From Azolla caroliniana (taxonomy: Eukaryota > Plantae > Polypodiophyta): a stretch of DNA of 39,624 bases. Both the position numbers and the translations under genes were made by a program. The notes under the pieces are model-generated. The model was not told the origin of the DNA and made no database searches. It worked only from the letters and a program-made list of their open reading frames with translations. Within the stretch, counting starts at the first letter, position 1; the number at the start of each line of letters is the position of its first letter. Below are positions 22,801 through 33,625 of the stretch, piece after piece. The stretch lies in contig JBHGNT010000283.1 in the NCBI GenBank assembly GCA_043228905.1, positions 1 to 39,624 of the forward strand, given 5' to 3'.

Positions 22801-25157
22801 ACGACCATTTCCCGTTCCAACGCTTCCTGCGCTTGCCGTTACTCCCGGATTGCGTCTTTATCCGGTTCTGCTTCAGCCTCTTCCGGTTGCGGTAAGTATG
22901 GTGCTACTGCTTCGGCAATGTCAATTCCGAAGAGGGGTATGATCTTCGGGTTTTCTTGCAGCCCTAAACCCTAAACCCTAAACCCTAAACCCTCCTCCGG
23001 ATTCGAGAAGAGTACCGGTGCTGGTGATGGTTCTCCTGCCGTCATGGCCGTCTTCAGTCCTTCCGTGAATCTTGGCACGAGTTGTAGGAGTCTTCCTAGT
23101 GGTAATGTAATTTGGCATTCTTGCAACGCCTGCCATGTCTTGTTCTCGGAGTGACTTCCGCCGGCAAGCCCTGCGGTGTTCTCCTTTTGCTGCTGTAAGT
23201 CTGTGACATTCTGCTCATTTGCTTTCTTTACCCATTCCGTTGCTTGTTTCTGGATGGTCTCCTGTGTCTCCCATTCTTTGGCCATGCCCTTCGACCTTGT
23301 GGTCACCTGCTGCAGATCTGCCACCTCAGGGACTACCATATTTACCGCCGGTTGTTTTTAATAGCTCTTCACCGGGCATTGGTTACTATAATGGCCTTCC
23401 TGTCGGCAGTAGTAGCAGTAGGCCTTCCGGGTATTGCTAGATTCGGCATTGTCTGTTGTACCCGGGGCAAGTCCTGCGGTACGCGCGGGGTTTTGTACTG
23501 GTTGGCTACTTGGAGCTCCTTGTTCTGGATCCCGGGGGTAGCCGCCTTTTTTAAAATGCCGTTTTTTGTTATAGCTCTTCTTATTACGGTACTCTTGACG
23601 GGGTTGCCCGTTATATCTGCCGTATTCCTCCCGTTGCTGACGATACCCGGGGGAGTGCTCCCGGTCGTAATGTTCGTATCGTCTATTGTAATCCTGGTAC
23701 CGATCATGTTGGTCATAGTTATCCCGCCGATCACCGTACCGGACATCATTTTCCCGTCGATCGCCATACCGAACATCCTGTGCCAATCGGTCACGGTCCA
23801 TTCGCCGCCAGCGTTCGTCTTCTTCATCCCGGCTGCTGCGTGGCTCAATTTGTCGGACGGGCGGTGCTTGCCGGTTCAACAGATTATACTCGCACCTATC
23901 CGTCGTATGGCTCTTGGATTGACAGATTACACATTGCTCCCTCATAGTGCATTCTAGAGCCGAGTGTCCGGAATTCAAGCAGGTGGTGCACTGTATTGCT
24001 TGCCGAAACCGGAGGTCTTCATCGGACGGTAACGCCCGTTGAAGTGCTCCCAGTGTGAGCCAAGAGCTTGTCATTTCCATCTCTCTCACCCGGTCAATGA
24101 CCTGGTTGATGGTACTTGTGTGGAAGTCAATTACCGTGCAAACCGTGCGTAGGGGTTCTCTGAGCGCGTTTAGGAATATAGTTCGTAATTCCTCCTCAGG
24201 GGGTGCGCGGGCAAGCTGACTATGCATCCGTTGAAACCGGATGACAAATTGGGGAATACTCTCCCCTGCCTCTTGCCAGATGGTATAAAATAAGCCTACC
24301 ATTACGGTCTGGTCCACCTCCTTTTGAAAAAAATGCAAGAATTTAGCTTTTAAATCTACAAAGGTGTTGACGGTAGACGGGTCCTGTGTCCGACACCATC
24401 TTGCTGCCGGTCCCTCCAATGTGACGCCAAATTCCGCTATCTTAGAGCGTTCTTCTTCCTCCGGGGTCAATCGCTGGGACACATGGTTGGCTTCCCATGT
24501 CTGTTCAAAGGCGTGCACATGAGCTTCCGCGTCCGGATCATCTCTATACTTCGAGTATTGGAACGGCATGTCGTCGTCCGGTATCGGTGCGCGGGCTGGC
24601 AGTGTTGGTGCTCATTCTAGAATTTTCTCCGGTGTCGGTGGTCTTTCCCGATTTGTTTCTGGCGTCGGTTGTTTTTCCTCTTCCTTTGGTGATGGAGGCC
24701 TCTCCTCTTCGACTTCCGGTGTCGGAGGTCGCTCTTCCTCTGCTGGTTCCGGGGGTTCCAGTGTTAGCACTTCCGGTTCTGGTGTCGGTAAGGTATCCGA
24801 TCCTTCGTCCTCCGGTCCGCCTGGGGTTTCGTTGCTGCTACGGTAGTTCGTGTGGACGTTGTATTCCCCTTCAGAGTCCGATTCATATGCTGAAAAGGCT
24901 TCTGCTTCGCCTTCTCCGTTTGCCAACGCGTGGAGAAGGGATTCGGTTTCCCGGAGGCTGCTTAGGCTGCTGCCGTCGTCTGGGTGCGATGTTTGCTGTA
25001 ACCAGAGGGAGTCCTCTGCTACTCTCCGGATTACGTTGGAAAACGAGCAATCCGCTCTAATTTCTTGCGCCGCTTGCTAGAAAGCTTCGCATCTCCTTTG
25101 CCTTTCGGCAAGGCATCGAGTTCGATCTGTAACCAGGTCGTGCGTTGATCTAGACAT
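19849..25157 (-). pseudogene. gag-pol polyprotein (capsid, CCHC knuckle, RT, RNase H, integrase); protease region missing; several premature stops
   Basis: ATG at 25157 is in frame with all pieces down to 20786. Motifs CYYCRQEGHYSNQC; RT IRVCVDYRKLN, LDGFSGYNQI, VFLDDF; RNaseH VDASD, NYSTTEREAL; integrase H-H-C-C, ISDQG, PQANGLVE, RWTGPY. One frameshifting deletion near 20445. Confidence 0.95.
22962..22993. repeat. Interstitial plant telomeric repeat (CCCTAAA)4+
   Basis: Four perfect CCCTAAA units plus CCCT inside gag-pol. Confidence 0.95.
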
Positions 25158-25193
25158 CCATCCGTGCCGTCGTTCGCTGCAAAAACAGGAATC

Positions 25194-25203
25194 GTGGTCG
25201 CCA
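25194..25203 (-). promoter_or_regulatory. Primer binding site, probably tRNA-Arg(UCG)
   Basis: TGGCGACCAC on the minus strand, 7 nt after the 5' LTR; complementary to a tRNA ending ...GTGGTCGCCA. Confidence 0.75.
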
Positions 25204-25210
25204 AAAACTG

Positions 25211-25646
25211 TGTTAACTCTTCGGGCCGAACAATGGCCTAACACAGGGTGTCTACGGGAGACACTTCACCAAAGGGTGTTACGGCAACCGGATTAGACTT
25301 CAACGCTTAATCCTACTTGATTAAGTTACTTATTATGATCGTCTTTCATAACACACGCGTAAGATATAACAATTAAGACAGAACGGCAATTAACACAGAG
25401 AGATAACAATGCTTAAGCTTCCATTAATTAACCGCCAATGATTACATTGTATCCGGGCCTTTAAATAGGTTTCCGGTCTGTATTACAAAACGGTGCCATC
25501 CGCACCTGTTCGGGATCGGTCCGGATCCGGAACGGCATACCGTTTCCGGTGCGTCCGTCCACACTCATAGCTTAATTACAACCACATTCCTACTACTTAA
25601 ATAACTCTCCGTTTCCCACTCTGGACTCCTTTGCCGGCCGGTAACA
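25211..25646 (-). repeat. 5' LTR
   Basis: Direct repeat of 16202-16637; TATA-like CCTATTTAAAGG on the minus strand. Confidence 0.97.
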
Positions 25647-26047
25647 CCTGAGTCCAATTTTTCTACAATTAACGCAGTCTAATTCTTAAAACATATCTAG
25701 AGCTATCAGCAAACAAAGGATTCCATAACAATGCTGCCTTAAAATTTGGGCTTTTGTTGCTGGAAGTTGAAATAGGAAAGCTTCTCTAATGTCCTTCCAT
25801 GCCCTCAAGATACCTATAAAGAAGCTCATAGAACAACATTATGAGCCTTAATTCGAATTCAAAGTTAAACAACTATTGAAAATTATCTTGCCATTGTCCT
25901 CCTATTGTAGGCTAAATGTTATGAAGACATAACAACCACAACTTTTTCTACAACTCATTCCCAAGCATAAATCCTCTCACAACATGCTTTGCAAGAAGGG
26001 CCTTACTCTAGAGCAAAGGATCTACTAAGCCCAGTCCACCTTCACGT
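25647..26047 (-). mobile_element. Third LINE, middle segment
   Basis: REGGLGLVDPLL*SKALLAKHV, the post-RT PKxxGGLG motif region. Confidence 0.75.
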
Positions 26048-26364
26048 TGTCGGGGTAGTTGTGGTTCGTGCGGCGAAGTCGCAGGGACTAAGGTTAAGGG
26101 GAGTTGAAGGAACTTAAATTTTAATAAGGATTGTATGGTGATGTTAGAAAGGTTAAGAATAGCAAGAAGAAGAGTTACGAGTAATGTGTGTGAGAGAGAG
26201 AGACGAGAATAGATAGAAGATAGAGACAATATATGATTCAAGAAGCAAGATAGAGACAAAGTATGATTTAAGAAGCAAGAGTATTTGATATAAACATGAT
26301 GTATATTAAAAAGACAATATTTTACCAACTTTACAATCCTTGATCGCAAACTGAACCCATTCTC

Positions 26365-26437
26365 TACCGACCCTTGATTTGAACCCACAACCTCAACTTC
26401 GAAACGAGAGGTTCTCCACCCAATGAGCTAGTCTTCT
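26365..26437 (-). other. tRNA-like (Pol III A/B box) sequence, not a functional tRNA
   Basis: TAGCTCATTGG (A box), CCTC...GAGG stem, GGTTCAAATC (B box); acceptor stem poor. Confidence 0.6.
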
Positions 26438-26665
26438 CTACTTAATTATATTATTTTCTCACTCACTCTTGATTGATTGCTTCTTGTTTCCTTGCCCCTC
26501 TTTATATAAGGGTTGCCATGCATATGGTAATGTATGGGAGCATGGCATGCATGCAATGCATGAGTTACATGTAATGCATGATCGCCATTTGGCGCACATG
26601 CATTGCATGATGGCTATGTATGAAAATAGATATGGGATAGGTATAATGATGAAAATGCATTCTAA

Positions 26666-26933
26666 AATAATTAACCTAGCTTAGTGGTGTATGCTTTGTG
26701 TTTAGTATATAAGGTTGAGAGTTCAAGTCTCTCTATTTTACTTAATACAATATATAGCTTCATTCTTATATCATGAAGTATAGTTTTTTTACAAACCTTT
26801 ACAAATAAATAGCCTAGCCTAGTGGTATGTACATTGTACTTTGTATATAAGGATGTGGGTTCAAGTCTCTCAAATATTATTAAATACAACATTTAAGCTC
26901 ATTTTTATATTGTGAAGCACATTCTTCACGACA
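26666..26933 (+). repeat. Two tandem ~140-bp units each starting with a tRNA-like A/B-box module
   Basis: CCTAGCTTAGTGG...GAGTTCAAGTCTCTC (26675-26733) and CCTAGCCTAGTGG...GGGTTCAAGTCTCTC (26813-26871), with similar AT-rich tails. Confidence 0.7.
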
Positions 26934-27440
26934 ACGTATTGGCGGATTAAAACCGACCAAGCAACTTTTGCAACAACCCTTGATCCCAAAGGGGCACTCC
27001 AAATAAAATTACAAACTAAGCATTGTAGTTTCAATATAATAGAGCGTGAAAATAGTTAGGTTGATGCAACATACAACATTGATGCAAGCAAAACCGAGTT
27101 TGCCACAACCATCCTTCTTGGTAAAGACAAATTAGTGGTATACCAATACAACAATTTATTTCTAACCCATAACAAAAGAGGTGTTAACATCTCTTCTGCT
27201 CACAAATCTAACCCCACTTGACAGCCCAAATATTGTACGGTTGTACCTCAAGGTACCCAAATAAAACCTGGAGTTGGCACATCTTGTGGAGGAGAAGACG
27301 ACGCAACCCAAAATCCCATGGACTTGTCCCAATTGATCAAATCTCCTGAAGCATCACGAAAACCCCTGAGTTTTGTTTTTAAGAACATACATATAAACTC
27401 TACGAGGGAGTAGATACAAGCGTTGTCAAAATGTGGCATG
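26934..27440 (-). mobile_element. Third LINE, 5' segment (RT C-terminal part); 5'-truncated or interrupted
   Basis: GFRDASGDLINWDKS, VQYLGCQVG, LSLPRRMVVANSVLLAS, CNFIWS, KVAWSVLI. Confidence 0.8.
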
Positions 27441-29219
27441 TGCATAAGAGAAATTTAATTAAACTAGGATTATTTAAAAGCTTGATTGATAGATCAAAGG
27501 TGTGAAGAGAAAGACAATTTGTGACTTTATTATTATTATTATTTAGGAAAGAAAAGGCGTGACATGTGCCAAAATAAAAAAAGCACATGATTTTATTTGA
27601 GAAGAAAGCCTCCTTCATCCTATAAAAGGGTGAAGAGAAAGCAAACAAGGGGGGTTAAGGAGAGAGACTAGGAAGCTCTGCCAAATTGGGAGGCAAGGGT
27701 GGCGAACAAGAGGGTGTGTAAGACCAACATCAACAAGAGGTAACATTGTGGTCGTTGATTGTTTGGAGATTACACCGAAAGTCGAGGATTTTCCACTAAA
27801 CCTTCACTCTTATTCTTATTCTTTTCATTATCATCATATTCTTGTTGTTCTCCACAACATAATTGTTGTTTTAGGGTTTTATTTACATATTTTTTGTGAA
27901 ATTTAGGGTTTTTAGTTCAGTGTTAAATTTCCGAAAAATTATCATCATTGTAATAAAAAAATCCAAAGAGAATTTCTTTCATAATCCAACATTTTAGCTA
28001 GGGATCGGCAACGGCTTGGCTCAAGCCTAAACCGGTTTAAACGGCTTAGCGGCTCGGCTCAGTTTAGGTTTGAGCCTACCTAAACGGTTTGAACTCGGCT
28101 CGGCTCGGCTCGAGCCTTGCCAAACTAGCTCAAAGCGTTTAAGCCGTTTATGTGATTTAAGAATTAGGGTTTAGAAAGTTAGAAATTAGACAGTTAGAAC
28201 TTGAAAATTGACAGAGAGACTAGTAGGAAGCCATAGGTAGTAGATTGTTGAGTGATGAGAGAGGCAGGGATAGAGAGGGAGAGGGAGCTTGCATAGTGTT
28301 AAGTGGACAATTAGAGGACCTCCTTGTTGTTATATACATTCTTTGGAGAAGGATTGGATCACCAAGAGTGGCAGGTCGCCATAACCTCAAGGCTCATGGT
28401 TTGGGTGGTGGGAGGTAGGGGATTCGTGTATGACAACCGACCAATCATAGTAAACACCGGGACATTTGAAATAGGTAATATGTCGCATTTTGAGAACTGT
28501 CCATAAAAAAATGACACAAATTAGGGTGATTCACAAAAAGGGGTGCCGCATGCGTAAAGGAATTTTAAAAATGACCCAAAAATATATTGATTTTTAACAT
28601 GTACGGAAATTTAGGTGTTCAAAAAAATGCCTAAATAATGGACATGCCAAACTTACAAATGAATGTCCAAAATGACTAACCCCAATATTTATAGAAATTT
28701 TGAATCCAAATCTTGATGTGGAATACAATATTTATAGTTAACGTTTCAGGACAATCATTTTTCAAGTTTATGTCATCATCTTCATACCCATTAGATGAAC
28801 TAGTACGAGTTTATGAGGTCTCATCCTCATCATCAATGGCAACTAATGCATTGTGTTGATCCAATTGCAATCCAACCTCATCGAGTTTATGAGTCATGCT
28901 TCTTGTTTGTCTTTGTGTTGTGTCTGAAGCCACATTCCAGATCCTCTTTTAGTATCTTCATTGTGGTCTGTCACAGATAACTTGTTTTGGTCAAAGATAA
29001 GTCATACACTAATATATAAACATTATCCAATGTAAGAGTAGATGTGCTTGATGCATCTTTCCTCCTCACTTTTTGGTTATGATATTTCATTATGTACTTT
29101 CCATTTACAAGATTAGATTATGTGAGAGAAGCTTTCTACCAAAATCATTAGAATCTAAAAAATGTCTTAAAGATGTTTTCCATTTTTCTTAGATTCTCAT
29201 AGTAAGCCTTTGATGTCGT

Positions 29220-30370
29220 ACAGAAATCCGATTCATTCCATCTAGATTTGACGCAACATGTCGAATTTTACTCTATACATCTAGAATTGGATATAATGCA
29301 TCAGATTCCTGTAAGTCTTGGAATTTTTTAAAAAATTTCCATTAAAAAAATACTCTTGCATTTAAATGCATTGCATTGAATTCTAGCTACATAGGCTAAA
29401 ATATGATACATTACATGGATTTCCCGAAAATACATAAATAAATACAAATTGAAAAAATAAAACATTTTCCCATAAATAAATAAATAAACATTTTTTATTT
29501 TACTCGTAAATAAATAAATAAAAATTGAAAAATTAGATTTCAATGGAAATCCAATTCCGTGCATCGGATTCAATTGAAAATCCAATTTCTCTTATTTTCT
29601 TGAAAATTTTCTTATTTTTTGAATTGTTTTTGAATTTGTTTTTGAATTTGTTTTTATTTTTCCCATAAAAAAAAAAAAAAATGAAAAAATGGATTTTCAA
29701 CGGATATCCGATGCACTGCATCGGATTTTGGTTGAAAGTCCACTTTTACATATTTTTTTCCAAATTTGCTTTTTTTATTTTTTTTATTTTTTTTATTTTT
29801 TTAAATTTTTTCTATAAAAAATAAATAAATATTGAAAAAATAGATTTTCAATGGAAATCCGATGCACTGCATTGGATTTCCATAGAAAATCCACTTTTTC
29901 TTATTTTTTTTCCAAATTTTCATAGTTTTTAGAATTTTTTTGGTATTTTGTTTGTCTATTTTCTCATAAATAACTATATAGAAATTGAAAAAATGAATTT
30001 TCAAAGGAAATCCGATGCATTGCATTGGATTTCTATTGAAAGTCCACTTTTTGCTATTTGCTACCAAATTTTCATATTTTAAAATATTTTTTAATTTTTT
30101 TTTCATTTTTTCCCATAAATAAATAAATAAAAATTGCAAAAAATGGATTTTCAACAGAAATCCAATGCACTACATTGGATTTCTATTGGAAATCCATTTT
30201 TTCTTATTTGTTTCCAATTTTTCAGATATTTTGAATTTGTTTTTGTATTTGTTTTTGTATTTGTTTTGAATTGTTTTTGTTTTTATCATAAATAAATATA
30301 TAGGAATTGAAAAAAATGGATTTTCAATGGAAATCCGATGCACTGCATCGGATTTCCATTGAAAGTCCAC
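29220..30370. repeat. Array of ~45-50-bp palindromes separated by A/T-rich spacers (left arm)
   Basis: Best copy TTTCAATGGAAATCCGATGCA-C-TGCATCGGATTTCCATTGAAA (30322-30364, perfect 21-bp arms). Six clear copies at ~150-175-bp spacing plus degenerate outer copies. Confidence 0.92.
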
Positions 30371-30569
30371 TTTTTCTTGTTTGTTTACAAATTTTCTTAT
30401 TTGTTTATATTTTTCTCTAAAAACGTGTTAAAAATAAACAAATTGTGATTTTCTCCATTTAAAATGATGTGTTTTTTTTTTTTTTGGATGCAACAGGGGA
30501 AGATGTAAAGTGGAATTATGTTCCACCTCGATGGTTGTTTCCGCCACCAGCGCCATTTATATTGAACAC

Positions 30570-31700
30570 AGCCGTTTAGGATGAGTGCGTGAGGAAAGTG
30601 TAAACTGTTTTTGTGTTGTAAATACAGGTTTTCCACGGACATTGGCAACAAGCTAATCGACAAGAGGGCTGATGTGGAAAGAAGGAAGAATGTGTAAGAG
30701 AAAAGGATGGGGTATGGTGGCGGGGTCATAGTCGACAATCGTGAGTGGGTGGGGAATTTTTACACTAATTTTTGTTTTTAATACAGGTTTTTCGTCAACA
30801 GTGCAAGATGTTAATCGGCAAGAGGGCTGACGTGGACTGAATGAAGAATTTTTTGTTTTGTGATAAGGATGAGGGAAGATGGCGGGGGGGTCGAAGCCGT
30901 CTATCATGAGTGAGGAAACTTTGAGATTAACTGTTTTGTTATTGATATAGGTTTTTTCGTGGACATTGGTCATGACGATAATTGGCTAGACGGTTGATGT
31001 GGATCGAACGAAGAAATTTTCTGTGTGAAAGTGATAAGGTTGAGTGAAGATGGTGGGGAGGGTGAAGCCGACTATAACGAGTGGGTGAGAAAATGTTGAC
31101 ACTAATTTTGTGTTGATCAATACAGGATATGCGTGGACATTGCCACCGTGTTAATTGGTGAGATGGCTGATGTCGACTGTATGAAGAATTTCTGTGTTAA
31201 GGATGAGTGAAGATGGTGGGGAGGGTGAAGCCGACTATAACGAGTGGGTGAGGAAATGTTTACATTAATTTTGTGTTGATCAATACAGGATATGCGTGGA
31301 CATTGCCACCGTGGTATTTGGTGAGATGGCTGAGGTCGACTGAATGAAGAATTATTGTGTTAAGGATGAGTGAAGATGGTGGGGAGGGTCGAAGCCAATG
31401 TGCAGGAGTGGGTGAGGACATGTTTTAACCTAAGTTTTTGTTGATTATACAGGATATGCGTGGACATTGGAACCAGGTTAATCGGTGAGATGGCTGATGT
31501 CGACTAAAGGAAGAAATATTTGTGGTGAGGATGAGTGAAGATGGTGGGGAGGGTCGAAGCCAATCATCACGAGTGGGTGAGGAATTTTTAGACGGATTTT
31601 ATTCTTATCACAGATTTTTGGGGTTTTTTGGGCAATGACGTTAATCGGAGACATGACAGATGTGGGTTAAATGAAGAATGGTTGTGATGAGATTATGGTC
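30570..31700. repeat. Tandem repeat, ~165-bp unit, about 7 copies
   Basis: ATACAGG...GTGGACATTG recurs near 30621, 30780, 30945, 31119, 31282, 31446 and 31607; AGGATGAGTGAAGATGGTGGGGAGGGT recurs in phase. Confidence 0.9.
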
Positions 31701-32384
31701 TAATCAATGTATGGCTGTTCTGAGTTGGTAAGATTATCATGGTTGCTTCAAAGTGACAGGTGCTGCAGGGACTGTTTTGGTGTTGTGTTTTCAACGGCAA
31801 CAGCCGAGGAAGGTTCAATCTTGCATGGGAAAAGACAGACAAAGATACAAGAGGTTGGACAGATTTATGAGCTTGGAAAGTCAGCTTGAAGAAGACTACG
31901 GCCAAGAAGTAGCAGATTACCTCAATGGCTTGATTGGAGAGAGCAGTTTTGTATTACCTAAGTGGTACAAAAGGACATTCACAAGGGAAAATTAAAGGCC
32001 AAGGAACGGGAACAGCTATTGGACAACCAGGTGATGGTGAACAACTTTAGTACATGCGGAACCAAATGCAAACATGGAGTTTTTAGACTACTAGCCATGA
32101 TTACCACCAAGATATGTATTCACTTGGACCGCAGGAATTTGTTTATAGGTTGAATATGGGTATACTAAAGAGCTTTAGTATATGTGGAATCACATTTAGC
32201 CAATGTTGGTTGCAACATGATGTTTTTAGAGGCCATAACAAATGCCATCATTATTTGGTCCCTTTTTTTACGATATATACTTATGGAGTGGAAACTATTA
32301 TGTACAATTTGTACATTGCCTTTGGCATTGTTAATTTTAATACCAATGGAGCATATTTTTATGGAAAAAAAAAAAAATGATGTG

Positions 32385-33145
32385 TTTTCAACGGGAATCC
32401 GATGCAGTGCATCGGATTCCCGTTGAAAACAGATCATTTTCAATAGGATTTTCAATGGAAATCCGATGCACTGCATCGGATTTTCGTTCAAAATCACTGA
32501 GTTTCAACAGAAATCCGATGCAGTGCATCGGATTTCCGTTGAAAGTCCAATATTTTTCTTATGTTTTTTCATAAAACATTAATTTGCAATTGAAATTCGA
32601 CTCAATGGTTCAGATTTTGTTGAAAATGTAATATTTTTTTATTATCTCATTGTTTTATGAAAAACCTAAAATAAATTTGGATTTTTAATTGAAATTCGAT
32701 GTAGTGCATTAGATTTCAGTTGGAAATCCACTTTTTTAATATATTTTTATTTATTTTTTGAAAAAATGAAAAACAATTGAAAAGAAAGAGGATTGCCAGC
32801 TAAAATCTGATGCAATGCATCAATGTCTAGCTCTATAGACTATGATCTGATGTAGTGTATCGGATTTCAGTTGAAAAGCCATTTATTATTATTTTATATG
32901 GAAAATAAATAAATAAATAACATTGGAAAAAGAAAAAAGAAAAAAGGATTTTCGACTCTAATCCAACGCATTGCATTAGATTCTAGCTATATATACTAAA
33001 ATATAATGTAGTGCATAGTATTTTAGCTGAAAATCCATTTTTTATTTTTTAATGGAAATTTTTTTAAAAATTACAAAAAAAAAAAAACTTGGATTTTCAA
33101 CTGAAATCTACTGCATCGCATTGGATTCCAATTAAAAATCCAAGA
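32385..33145. repeat. Array of the same palindromes (right arm)
   Basis: For example TTTTCAACGGGAATCCGATGCA-G-TGCATCGGATTCCCGTTGAAAA at 32385; about 10 copies, degenerating outward. Confidence 0.92.
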
Positions 33146-33183
33146 TTTTTTATTTTTTCAAATTTTATTGTTTCAAATTTTCA

Positions 33184-33625
33184 ATGGGTTTTAGATTAGT
33201 TTTCTGCCACAGGTATATAATATAAAACTTACATCAATTTAGATTAACGTTATATTCTATTCTTCAGTTTGATGTTACCTGTGCAATTTCATTCTACTGT
33301 CATGTACTACTAAAACATACGCCTTAAAGATTATCAGGAACTCTGTTGCATTAGAGAAGGACCTTGAGCAAGTTAATGTCATCAAAATGAGGATCCAAGG
33401 TATCTGGGGTTGTCCTGATCAAGACCAAGAAGTTGGGGCAAAGCATATCAATAAAACTTAGATGTTCCAGATGACTTTTAGAAAACTTGTGGAACTATAG
33501 ATGAAGACACAGGGCAACTTGTTGAATTAGAAGACGTTTCAGAGTCTGAACATACTAACAATTCAACTTAGCATATTGATGAAGCCAATGAGGACAATCC
33601 TGATGAAAGAGCTAATCCTGAGTAG
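33184..33625 (+). pseudogene. 3' fragment of an amino-DNA methyltransferase gene (paralog of 39107-36493)
   Basis: WVLD*FSATG | intron 33213-33303 (acceptor mutated) | TTKTYALKIIRNSVALEKDLEQVNVIKMRIQGIWGCPDQDQEVGAKHI, then an acidic tail. Same intron position and clear similarity to the minus-strand copy. Confidence 0.8.

Larger units (their letters stand above)
16202..25646 (-). mobile_element. Full-length Ty3/gypsy LTR retrotransposon (non-chromovirus type), 9445 bp, inserted in the third LINE
   Basis: Two 436-bp LTRs with TGTTA...TAACA ends and a 5-bp TSD CCTGA (16197-16201, 25647-25651). Order gag-RT-RNaseH-integrase on the minus strand. No chromodomain after the GPY/F motif. Confidence 0.97.
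26048..26933 (-). mobile_element. Solo LTR (886 bp) containing three tRNA-like modules
   Basis: TGTCG...CGACA termini and 4-bp TSD ACGT (26044-26047, 26934-26937). Removing it rejoins the LINE motif KVAWSVLI..PIREGGLG. TATATAAAG on the minus strand near 26505 gives a tentative orientation. Confidence 0.8.

Noticed and set aside
22962-22993. Chromosome end or fusion site
   Set aside because: Only four units, one orientation, and both flanks belong to the same LTR element with matching LTRs and TSD.
16556-25080. Numerous plus-strand and alternative-frame ORFs inside the gypsy element (e.g. 23244-23957, 24497-25060, 18682-19227)
   Set aside because: Shadow ORFs of GC-rich gag-pol and accessory coding sequence, with no recognisable motifs.
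27440-27998. LTR-like segment (TATA box near 27620, TTAGGGTTT motifs) preceding the hAT insertion
   Set aside because: No TG...CA pair with TSD or PBS could be established, so it was left unannotated.
29328-30370. Short ORFs with recurring NPMQCIGFP peptides (also 32165-32574)
   Set aside because: Translation artefacts of the palindromic DNA repeat, appearing on both strands.
29220-33145. CRISPR array (regularly spaced palindromic repeats)
   Set aside because: Spacers are long, low-complexity and related to each other, repeats are degenerate, there are no cas genes, and the context is eukaryotic.
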